Assembly (NCBI GenBank): GCA_046563655.1
Contig: CM102286.1
Location: forward strand, 13,206,001 to 13,270,000
DNA length: 64,000 nucleotides
Direction: 5' to 3'
Source of the DNA: Yuukianura sp. NJ FZ-2021
Taxonomy: Eukaryota
The notes beneath the pieces are model-generated. The model did not search any database. It was not told the DNA's origin and worked only from the letters and a program-made list of their open reading frames with translations. Below are positions 12,181 to 23,600 of this stretch, piece after piece. Position 1 is the stretch's first letter. Each line of letters starts with the position of its first letter. The position numbers and the translations under genes are program-made.

Positions 12181-13856
12181 CTCAGTCGCAATTTTATTTA
12201 AACTAAACAAAAGAAAAGAGAAGGAGTTTTATCTCTCAAAATGACATCTAAACCTGTAATTTAAAAATTCCAAGACGTGACCTCTCTAAAAAGTTGTGCA
12301 ATATTGTAATACCTTGCCTAAATTAACTCAAATGTTTCATTTTTGCTCTAAAACGTCGGACAAAAATGGGTAATGAAAGTTTATCGAGGGAATTAACAGT
12401 TAAGGTAAAACTAAATTTAGAGTTTCAAAAATTTTAAATTGAAGACGTATTTTCTAGTTCCTTTTAAAAAATTATTATGCAGAAAAAATATCAATTGTCT
12501 GTCCATACCGTAACTGTTTGTGCATTTAAACGTGTGTTAATTTCTACCTTGTGAAATTATACCTCAAAGGTCTTGTAATTTTTGTAAAAAAAAAATGACT
12601 TAAGTTATTTTTGCTCTCGCTCTAATAACAGTTACGGTTGTGTTGTAGGCATTTCAGCTTGTTACCTGAACAAATCTTTTTTTTTCTTTTGAAAAACTGT
12701 TAGTAATTTATGTAGATGTTGGATTCAATTGCAATCGTAACCGTTTATTGTTCGGTAGTTGTAGTCTAAACTCAACTTAAAAGTGTATACATAACTCATA
12801 TTTTCCATTTTCAGTTACTTGGATTTGGGAAAAGCGGTTAGAAAGTTCCAGTATTACAAAAACTAGTGGAAGGTCGAAGGTTATTTTCGTGTTAGAAATT
12901 ATGAAGATACATAAAAAGAACTCAACCATATTGTCTCGTATTTATTCTCAAAATTTTAGCGTTTAATTAAAAGATAATCTAAAAATGAAATTAATAAATT
13001 CATTTAAACTGTACAAAAATAAAAGAAAGATGAAACAAATCGTGTGGGGAAACGCGCCCCTAACTTCTTTTAAAATTCGGGTATGTGCGACTTTTTTATG
13101 TGCTGTAATTTAATTTTGTTGCGTAACTTTTTTTTTGAAACTTTGTTTTTTCAAAGAATACTTCAGAGTGGGTTGGTCCGGTAAAGATTAAAAAGTTAAA
13201 CTTTTCTTGAGTCGAATTGTAAAAGTCTTAACTAGAAAAAGCAGAGTGAAAGTTGTGCTTCCAGTGCATTGCGTGCTCAGTTGATTATGAAAAAGTTTAC
13301 GAATTAAAACTTTCTCCAATAACTCAACCCGTATTAAGGATAAGCCTCTGTGACATTCACTTTTATAATTGGAAGTCCCCTGGTGCTCCAAAGTTGAGAA
13401 CCTTATATTAAAAAGTTATATCATTGATTAATTATGAATTAAAAATAAAAGTTAGGGAAGTTTCGTTTTCTTTTTGCATTAATGTTTGTAGAGAAAGTTA
13501 TTTTTAGAAGAGAAAATTATTTTTGTTACGCCAAGCTAGCTGAGAGAAAGCGACGCGTAGCTTTCACTTGTCTTATACGGCGCGAATTTTGACTTTCAAA
13601 ATTCTTGGAAGTTGGAACTGTATCAAATTTTTTATAAAACATCAGCTGACTTCCAAGTCAGTGAATCTTTTACTACAGGAGGGATTCAAGGTCAATGAAC
13701 TATATAATTTCAGTTTTTCAAGTGTCGTATTACGGATTCAATCTACGTTTGACCAATCGATAACACGTCGCAAGATTCTGAAGAAGGTAACTAACTATAT
13801 TTGAAATTAATTGCCGAATGCTGATACCGATATTCGAAACTATGTTTTTTTTTTAG

Positions 13857-15764
13857 ATGGCTGAAGTTGAAGCAATGGATGTGGACGAGAAAATCTACCA
13901 CAATTACAGTGTCTGGTTTTTTCCCGGAACGGCGACTACAAAAGGAAGGCTGCATTTGCGTCAAGTCGACTATAAGAGCCTTACGTTGGACAGACTTAAA
14001 CAACTGATCATTGAGGAGTACACAAACACAACCCGATCGGCAGGACAGGCGGAAACGATGTTACGCAGCGCTGATGATTTTGGTATAGGTTAAACATGTA
14101 AAGGAGTTTCCACGATGCTAATTACGTTGTTTGATTCAAATAGATTTGCTGTACAATGGAAACCTTCTGAAGAATACTACGGAGAATACTTTGACACTAA
14201 AACCAGAAGCTATTGTTTATGTCGTCAAGAGATCACCCGCTTCGTCGGAAAAGGAACCAGAACCATCCGCCTCTGCGCTCTCTGCTTCAATGATCAGGGA
14301 CCTTTCAATGTCACTTCGGGATGCCTTCTTACGAACTAATTTCATCAAAGTACTCGAGGTGAGTCATGTCAAATTGTTTACGTAAATTCAAGACTAGTTT
14401 CACTTGTCGTTCGTCATTTTAGAAACTGGCGGAGCCAAAAACGCTTCAAAAAGTTTTCGCTGCTGCCCCTGGGCTTGAAAAGGACTTAATGGGAATTGCC
14501 ATTATCCAGACTCCACAGCTCATGTTCCAAATCTCTGATCGCGAACTGTTGCAAAAGTAAGTGACTCTTGGCTACATATAAAGACAACAATTTTAACATT
14601 CCGTATTTACTTACTCTTAAGAGTTGCCATCACTCGGCCGTGGCTAATAGAAGCACTAAAACATATCGTGGCCACGGTGCAGGCGGAGAGGGTTGCCAAA
14701 CCGGGCCGTATCAGCGGTGCTTTGGCATCAGAATTTCTTAACACTGCTTTTTTGGATGGAGGGGAAGAAGATGATGATGACGATATGGACGATGACGCAG
14801 TAGAACCTCCGCGTACCCAGTCACAGCCCAACATGCATGGACCCATCACCCGGGAACAACTGGCCCAAGCCTTGAGTGCTCTGCCTAACATCGCTGGTAA
14901 ATTATGCTGCAAGTTTCGATTAGTCAAACGTTTCTCAAGTACCATCTTATCGTTTACAGGAATGCCATCCTCATCAACCAATCCATTTGCCAGTTTAATG
15001 AATCCAATCAATGCTCCTGGCCCATCTCGCCCTACTACAGCGCCAATACCAGCCACTGATAGCTCGCAAATTCTGAATCCCACCTTTCAACAGTTACTGC
15101 AGAATGCATTTAATGCAATGACTGCTTCAGGCGGTTCAACTGGAAACTTGGCAGCATCTCCACAGTCACCTCTTGCGGGATTAGGGAGTAATCCCGCTGC
15201 ACCGGTCGGAGCTGCCACTGCAGAAACATTCACCCGGGCACTTCAAATGGCAATGAGTCATCTAACACCAGACGACCGTGCAAATCAATTTGAACGCGTT
15301 CGCCGTAAGGACTGTGTTGTTAACTTATTTGAGTTTTGTCTTAAGTTTTTGTGTGAACTGTTTAATAATTTCTTTGTAATTTTAGAAATGGCTCAACAAG
15401 TTGTCGCTGGGAATCCATTGCCTGCTGCGACTGAACAAGCTCCAACAGCCACAGGATCGGCCACTACTCCAGCTACTGCCACTACTCCAGCATCAGAACC
15501 GAGACAATGGCCGCCCAGAGGTTTGTTATTATTTTCTGCTTTCTTACACTTTATTTGTGTTGATTGGTATCTTCATTGTCGAATTTCCTAAATTGGACTA
15601 ATAATATTGCAGACTTTAGTCGAGAGTTGGCTCAACTCCGAGAAATGGGAATTAATGATGAACGCCTGAGTATTATGGCGTTACGCGTTAGTGACGGGGA
15701 CGTCGAAACTGCCGTAGACCTCATCCTGTCCGGATGGGATGGAGCTGGAGCAGAAGAACCTTGA
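13857..15764 (+). CDS. UBL7: Ubiquitin-like protein 7 (N-terminal UBL, C-terminal UBA), exons 13857-14082, 14144-14358, 14423-14556, 14622-14896, 14960-15304, 15386-15520, 15613-15764
   Basis: UBL-like DLLYNGNLLKN, acidic tract, ITREQLAQAL, and UBA LAQLREMGINDERLSIMALRVSDGDVETAVDLI. Splice phases are consistent. Confidence 0.82.
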
Positions 15765-16637
15765 ACTTACACTAAAGTGAACAACGAAATCAAAAATAAT
15801 ACAAGCAACGGAAGGATAAGGATACACAAAATTGAACTTTTGAAAATAATTCCAATTAAAAATGAGAGTTAATTAAACTAAAAAATCAAATTAAACTGAT
15901 TTTAATTTTAGCTTTCTTAGGAACTTTGGTTTTACTGTTCCTCGGTGTTCCAGATTTCATCGATCTCATTTCTAGAAATAGACTTTTAGCAGAAAGCTAA
16001 ATGAATTTGTGAGGACTGTTCATGACGAGGGTTGTCAAAACCTTGGAATTTTCGGATTCGAGTTCAAGAAAGTCTTCATTCGTCACGCCCTTCACATAAT
16101 GCTCTTCCTGCTGCCTTCCAGAACCAGGAAAAACTAATAGCTTTCTTCCCAAAATAGATTTTTCCTGGAGAAATTGGAGATTTTGCGCCGTTGTTCGGAA
16201 CCACCTGATGCACACTATTGATTTTCTGTTGGTGGGACCACAGGACAGATTCGTTGGGAAGACAAAGTAGGACGAAGATGAATTTATCGTGTTCAACGCA
16301 TGAATCCAGAAGAGGTGGAAGTGGTCCTCAACCTTAGTACTCTGGAGAATACTTCGCCAGCATAACTACAAATAGGCGGAACAAGCCAAGGAAGCGAAGG
16401 CGAAGACAAGCGGAAATTACTAGCTGTTAGATTCCGCCCTGCGTTGAGGTGTGCCAGGGTTTGATGGAGGAAGAGCATAATCTAATCGGAAGGTAGAAGT
16501 GCCTGGACGATGCTGGAGGTTGCTGGGTTCTTGTGGTATCTAATTTAATCTTCCAGGCCAACTTGGATTTTGTCGTCGCTTATGGCACATCGCCTTGGTG
16601 CCCTCCGAGTCTTTCAGGCCTCTTCCCTCAACCAGTG

Positions 16638-19600
16638 ATGTTTGTTGGCACGGAAGCATTTTACATGATGGCCGAAATGGCTGACGAGGCGGACTTCTCC
16701 GTCTTTGAAAATAAAACAGGGTTGGCTGAGGATATGAAGTTTTTGGCATCTATGGTAAGCAATTATACTAATCAAAATTTATAAATAATATAATTAGTTT
16801 AAATAATATAATAATATATATTTTTCATATTGTCCTGTTTTAGCCGGAGTTATGCGACGTGACATTTCTAGTCGGAGACACCAGGGAACCAGTTTGTGCT
16901 GTCAAGGCCGTGTTGGCAGCCAGGAGCAGGTAAACTAAAATTTTCAAAAGTAATTCTAAACTTTTTCTAAAAATTCTAAAAACAAAAATACGTTTTTTCA
17001 TTTCAGAGTATTTCATAAAATTTTCTACCAAGCCGCTTCACCTCAGAAGAAGAAAGAAGAAAAAAGTCCAAAGGAAAATAAGCTACGACTTTTTCTGAAA
17101 CGTAGTTCAGAACCGCTTTTGAACATGCCAAGTCCACCACAGCGTCCTCCAGTAAGTGTAAGTTTTGTATTCCAAGTCAGGAAGATAATCGACGATTAAT
17201 CAGCTTCTTGAAAACGACTGGAACGAAATCAATTGATTTATACAAAAATTTTCAAGATTTTCATATTTGTTGGGTTTGTTTTTACAAAATTTTGGGAACG
17301 CGTCAAAATACACAAATATTTAGAGAGGATTCACTCAACAACTGTCAACAATTCAAGAGGTGAAAATTCAATTTCAGCCAAATTTTCCACTGCCTTTCCC
17401 AAAAGGGAAAAAATTGTCAAGTATTTTTAAGTCAAGATTCTCAATTTCTTTTACAAATTTTTTGCTTTCATTCGCTGCTGTTATACTTTCTCCGCCGTAG
17501 GCCTTTGCTGCTTTCAGTTTAAAAAGAATTTTTGAACAGTATTTTCTCAACGCCACTGCTAAAATTTATTTTGTTTTTCTTGCGAAGAAGTACAGGGACC
17601 AGTTAGCAATACCCTGCCACTGCTCGCTGCTGTTGTAGGCTACACAATTTGCAAAAACATTCAAACTAGTAATACAATACTAGAATCCAAAGAAAGTTTG
17701 GAATTGATTTGACGTTTTGAAATTTTTGAATTTTGAAATTCTCAAAAACCAAAACTTGGTACTTCATAACTAAGAACATATTGACAAAATTTCAATTCTA
17801 GCCACAACAGCACCAAACCCTAATAATAGAGGAATTTGAACCGGACGTTTTTCGTCAATTGATTGAATATACGCACACGGGATACGTTACGCTTCAGCCA
17901 AGGACACTCTTGGGTAAGTCCGAAATCTTGAAAAATAGTGCAGTGAAATCATAACTTTTTCTTGGTGTTTCTAGGCGTAATGAACGCCGCTGATTATTAC
18001 GGATTGGATGAATTGAGAAAAGCTTGTGTTGGATTCGTCACTTGTTGTATCAATGTTGACACGGTTTGTGCTCTGTTAGCATCTGCAGAGCGATACATTC
18101 AGTACAAATGTACAAAATCGTTGGTCCAAAAGGTAGGGAAACGTTTATTTACATCGTTTTGCATTTTGTTAAAAACTTTATTTTGAAATTTTGGTTTTCA
18201 GGTCCTTGAATTTGTAGATCTACATGGAACGGAGGTGCTGAATCTCGGTTCATTTACGCTCCTTCCTCAACATGTCGTTCGACTCATCCTGGTTCGAGAG
18301 GAACTTAAAGCTGATGAATTTACAAAATTCCAGGTAATGATTTCAAGAAAAATTAAGGGAGAAGAACGTAATTTTTAGTCCTTTTTGAAATTTTTATAAA
18401 TGTTAACTTTTGGGCTTATATATTTGGTTCAATTCGGTTTTATCATTCCAACCATCATTTGCCATGCCATTTTCAAAATTTTATTTTAATTTTCAAAAAC
18501 TTTAAAAATGCATATCTCGGGAACGGAAAGCGATAGAAAGGTAAACCATTCGCCCCTGAATTCACAAAAATATGTAGTATTTTTATAAAAAGGTACCCTC
18601 AGATTTTGACCAAATTTCGAAAAAATTCATGGACTAGTCCATGGTTTTTTTCAAAATTTGACGAAAAACTTGATGTTTGATTTTGGAGTTTTCAAAATTT
18701 TAAAAAATTCTTCATATTTATTGAAAGTTTATCGCGAAGAGATTAGGTCTCTATCGCTTTCCGTTCACGAGATATAAATTTTCAAAATTTCATTTTAATT
18801 TTCAAAAACTTTCAAAATTCATAACTCGGGAACGGAAAATGATAGAAAGGTAAACTCTTCGCTCCTGAATTCACAAAAATATAGAGTATTTTTAGAAATC
18901 TTAAAAAGGTACCCTCAGATTTTGACCAAATTTCGAAAAAATCCATGGACTATAGTCCATGGTTTTTTTCAAAATTTGACGAAAAACTTGATGTTCGATT
19001 TTGGAGTTTTCATAATTTTAAAAAATTCTTCATATTTATTGAAAGTTTATCGCGAAGAGATTATGTCTCTATCGCTTTCCGTTCACGAGATATAAATTTT
19101 CAAAATTTCATTTTAATTTTCAAAAACTTTCAAAATTCATAACTCGGGAACGGAAAATGATAGAAAGGTAAACTCTTCGCTCCTGAATTCACAAAAATAT
19201 AGAGTATTTTTAGAAATCATAAAAAGGTACCCTCAGATTTTGACCAAATTTCGAAAAAATCCATGGACTATAGTCCATGGTTTTTTTCAAAATTTGACGA
19301 AAAACTTGATGTTCGATTTTGGAGTTTTCAGAATTCCTAAAAATTCTTCATATTATTTGAAAGTTTATCGCGAAGAGATTAGGTCTCTATCGCTTTCCGT
19401 TCACGAGATATAAATTTTCAAAATTTCATTTTAATTTTCAAAAACTTTCAAAATTCATAACTCGGGAACGGAAAATGATAGAAAGGTAAACTCTTCGCTC
19501 CTGAATTCACAAAAATGTGGAGTATTTTTAGAAATTTTAAAAAGGTACCCTCAGATTTTGACGAAATTTCGAAAAAATCCATGGACTATAGTCCATGGAT

Positions 19601-20512
19601 TTTTCGAAATTTGACGAAAAGCTTGATGTTCGCTTTTGGAGATTTTATAATTTCTAAAAATTCTTCATGCTTTTCGAAAGTTTCTCGCGAAGAGGTTAGG
19701 TCTCTATCGCTTTCCGTTCCTGAGATATAAATTTTCAAAATTTTATTTTAATTTTCAAAAACTTTAAAAATGCATGTTGGCTTTTGGAGATTTTATAATT
19801 TCTAAAAATTCTTCATGTTTTTCGAAAGTTTGTAGTGAAGAAATTAGGTATCGTGTTTCGTTCTCAAGATTTGTATTTTCAAAATTTTATTTTTATTTTA
19901 AAAAAATTAAAATCATTCCGCTTACGAGATTTTTAGTGTTTATTTATTTTATAAAAAAAAATTCCACATTGTTTTTTAGGCTGCATTGATGTGGGCCAAG
20001 AAGTACTGCGATAACAATCGGGACACTCCGGTCAAAGAGGTCATGGGTGAGTAAGAGTATTTCTCTAGAACTTGTTAATAAAAACTAATAAATCTAAGTT
20101 ATAATCCGTAATTTTTGCCTGAAATTAGGAAACTTCCTGGAGTACATTCAGTTTCACAAGATCCCGGCCAACGTTCTGATGAAGGACATCCATCCTCTGG
20201 GCGTGGTTCCTTACCACATTGTCATGAACGCTCTTGCATATCAGGTATAACTTTTCGATTCGAGTCTCACTGCAATGGATAATGGTTGGTTCCACACAGG
20301 CTGATCCGACGTCCGTTGACCCCGCCAAATTGTCACCCAACAGACCTAGGAGGTCAACCGGAGGTCGTTCCATGTCTGTCCAGAGTTCACTTGACCCTTA
20401 TGGTTCCAATACAACTCTGGCTTCCTCTGGAAGTAGCGAACTGGACGGAAGTGGACGCGTCTCTTCTGGAGGCGGAGAAAACAGTTCCCCGCAAGCACAA
20501 AGCTCGGGTTGA
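16638..20512 (+). CDS. gprs: BTB/POZ-BACK protein, serine-enriched protein (gprs)-like, exons 16638-16754, 16844-16929, 17007-17151, 17802-17913, 17975-18132, 18202-18333, 19980-20046, 20129-20244, 20300-20512 (~381 aa; start could be 16665)
   Basis: FENKTGLAEDMKFLASMPELCDVTFLVGDTREPVCAVKAVLAARS, IIEEFEPDVFRQLIEY, GVMNAADYYGLDELRKAC and a Ser-rich tail. Exons sum to 1146 nt. Confidence 0.87.
18471..19900. repeat. Tandem array of ~318-bp internally palindromic units (about 4 full copies plus a partial) in gprs intron 6; MITE/Helitron-like satellite
   Basis: Core CCATGGACTATAGTCCATGG recurs at 18943, 19261 and 19579 (variant near 18627). Units carry inverted arms ATATCTCGGGAACGGAAAGCGATAGA / TCTATCGCTTTCCGTTCACGAGATAT. 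Confidence 0.93.
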
Positions 20513-20653
20513 AATTGATGTCGCTTTAATTGTGAAATTATACTTTAATAACTGCTAGAGTTTAGAAATTCGGGAAAACCAAATCAATTATAGATTTATC
20601 TGATATTGTAATTTTGTGGCCCAAACTTAACGTTATAACTCCAAACATAAGAA

Positions 20654-23600
20654 CTAATCTCGACTCCACGATTGTGTATCCTCGGCATGAAGCATTAGTG
20701 AAGACAGCCTTGCTTTCAATGCTGTTGCTGTTGTATCATCCATGGAATCATCTACAGTTGACTGCTTAAGTTTGATCTTCAAGCACCGGATTTCTGTCAA
20801 GTATCTAAAAAAAAACAACAAATATTTTATGATCACATTCAAATATGCATACTTCTTGTATGAAAGTATCTACTCACTTGACATGGAGTACCGTTAAAAT
20901 CTCTGAGTCTGGACAGATTGACAAGGCGTAATTAATAAAGGATAAACTTGTGTCGGGGTTTAGTAACGGGGTATCAGTTTCATGCTTGGCTAAAGACGTA
21001 AAGATTTTCCATCCCGTGTTGTACTGTTTGGCCATTATGGTTCGGCAAATCTGCACCGCATGTTTGAAGTCTCCCTCAGCCAAAGCAGCATCTCCAGCCA
21101 TTTCCAAAACAATATTTTCAGCATCTTCCAAACTCATTCCGTCGATATGTAACAACACTGCAAGTTTGAGTAACTGTTGAATTTTCTTGTATCCACCTTT
21201 AGCTTTCTCCATTGTTTGTCGAATTAGCTCAAACTTGTCTTCACAAACTCTGACTGCAATAAACAAACAAATTGTTAGCAAATGTGCTTGTGCAAGTACA
21301 AGTTAGTACACTGCTAACTTGAACTTAAAACTTACCGGCGTATGGTAAAATATTGTTGCGAAAATCTTTGTTGATCAATTTGACAGCATCCAGAAGATCA
21401 AACATATAAGCGACCTTTGGTTCCTTTGGGTTTTGTATCAAGTTGAGGCACACTTTGCACAATTCTATGTCCGGATCAGCGTAGCTGGAGGAAGAATCAA
21501 AGTACATCTGAGCAGCTTCAATGATCATGACGAGTCCTTTGTGGTAATTGATTATGTGAAGGTAAAGAGCAAATGTTGAAGAATATTCGGCACTTGAGCT
21601 TCGACTAATACGATCAGATTTTCCAGAAGATTGCTCGGGTGGACTTTTCTCAAAGAAGTCTTTAGCTAATTTGATGATTTCGGCGGATCCACTCTTCAGC
21701 AGCGCGACAAAGTAGATCTGAAATAAACAAAAGATCGTACTATAGTTTTGAAATCACTTAAATTGATACAAAGCCAATATTTTCATCCCCAAACTATTTA
21801 CATTGTACAATGGCTGAGAAACGCTTCGATAATCGTGTCAACAATGGCCATTGCCCCAATTCCTACGTCGCCACAAATTAGAGTTTTAGTCACTGGAGGA
21901 ACATACTGATATCCAAAACTAATTAATCGATTCACTTGTTCAGAAGTCAATGGATGTTCCCACATTTTAGTGTTCATAGCAGGGCAAAAGATAAATGGTT
22001 TCTTGGCTTTGAGATCCCAAGCACGGATGACACAAGTCAGAAGATTGTCACAAAGTCCATTGGATATTTTACCAAGTGTATTGGCATCTAAAGGAGCTAA
22101 GATCATAATGTCAGCCCATTTGGCCAAATCAATATGAAGCACGGGGTCTCCACGACCATTCCACATTGACCATTCATCCGCATCTCGGAAGACTTTGACA
22201 GGAACGGGGTGAGATGAGGTAATTTCAGCGACATTGAAAAACTTCAAGGACGTTTCAGTTGGCACAACTCTAATTTCGCTAACGTGTCCAGTTGAAGCCA
22301 ATCGCTGGACAATCTCTTGGACTTTGATGGCAGCGACACTGGCTGTGACACCTAGTAAAACTTTTCGCAAGTTTGGCGTCGCCGGAGTACTTGCAGAAGA
22401 GCTTCCGACGTCTTCGGAAGCCTCCATGCTGAACCTCTTTGGTACAAAACTATTTCACTGAATGAATGAATGTTTGAAGATTGAAGAAACTGAAATTGAA
22501 AAAAGTTAACTTGAGGGGTATGTTGGTATTCAAGATTAAATGGCTGCTAATGGCAACCACCGGTGTGGCTGGTGCTTAAGGTTGATCTACGTAGCTTCTT
22601 AGTTCTTAGATGCTTTGGCAGTATCATCGGATGAAGTATATCCAAGTTTGTCCCAATCTTCCTTGGCCATAAGCCCATGGTCCATTCGGCACTGAAAGTA
22701 TTGCTGGGCCTCAACACGACATTTCTCGTTGACGTAATTGTTTGAATTGAGGCACGTCATGTAGGAAACCATGAACTTTTGGCAAACCCCCGTCCTATCC
22801 AGTGGGAAACTGCCTTTATCTGGGGGTGTTGGGGTAAATTGCTTTTGGCCAAAGGTCATGGAACTCATGCTGACTAAATTGTTCGTGGATAAAGGCAAAG
22901 TTCAGCAACTCGAGAATTGAAAACGTTCATCTGATCGCTGGAAATCGAATAACTTTGTAGTTGTACATGGACTGATGGATGATGGAAGATGGATCGATCA
23001 GATGTTTGCGAATTGCAAAAGAACACACAGTACCGTTATACCGTTATCCAGAATTTGCAAACTCATAGAATTTTACACAGCAGATTCCCGCCCCTCAAAA
23101 ACAAACAAAAAGCATGACTCACCTCGAAGCATTTCTCGATTTCAAATTCTTTGAACAATTTGTTTCTCATTTCCAAAAGATCTGACAGCAGCACCTTCCA
23201 ATCGTTGGCTTTTAGTGGAGGATGCCTAGAATTTGTCAAATAATTAAATAATTAAAATAGTTACAATTTAGTTTGCTTTAACACGGAAAAGAACTTGGTA
23301 AAACTTACATTTTAGCGGCACTTCGACATACCCCGACCAACAGTTCTTCAATTTCAGACGGGTTTTTGTCTTCCGAAATCTGCTTCACTTTGTCCACTGT
23401 TGAAGTGATGTTATACTTCTGAAGTAACTGTACAGCTCGAAAATGCGACTCCACATTGTCAATCAAACGCTGAAGCTTCTCCACACTTGGACTTTTCTTG
23501 ATGTAACCCTTGGCTGGAAGACAGCGTAAGATGGCCAGCACATTTTCCGTTTGATCAGTATTCTCGCACTGGTAGATACAATTATGAGCAAGCAGCATCA

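Noticed and set aside
18945..19989. ORFs within the 318-bp array; CRISPR-like appearance
   Set aside because: The ORFs are repeat translations inside an intron. The units repeat in full with no unique spacers, there are no cas genes, and the DNA is eukaryotic.
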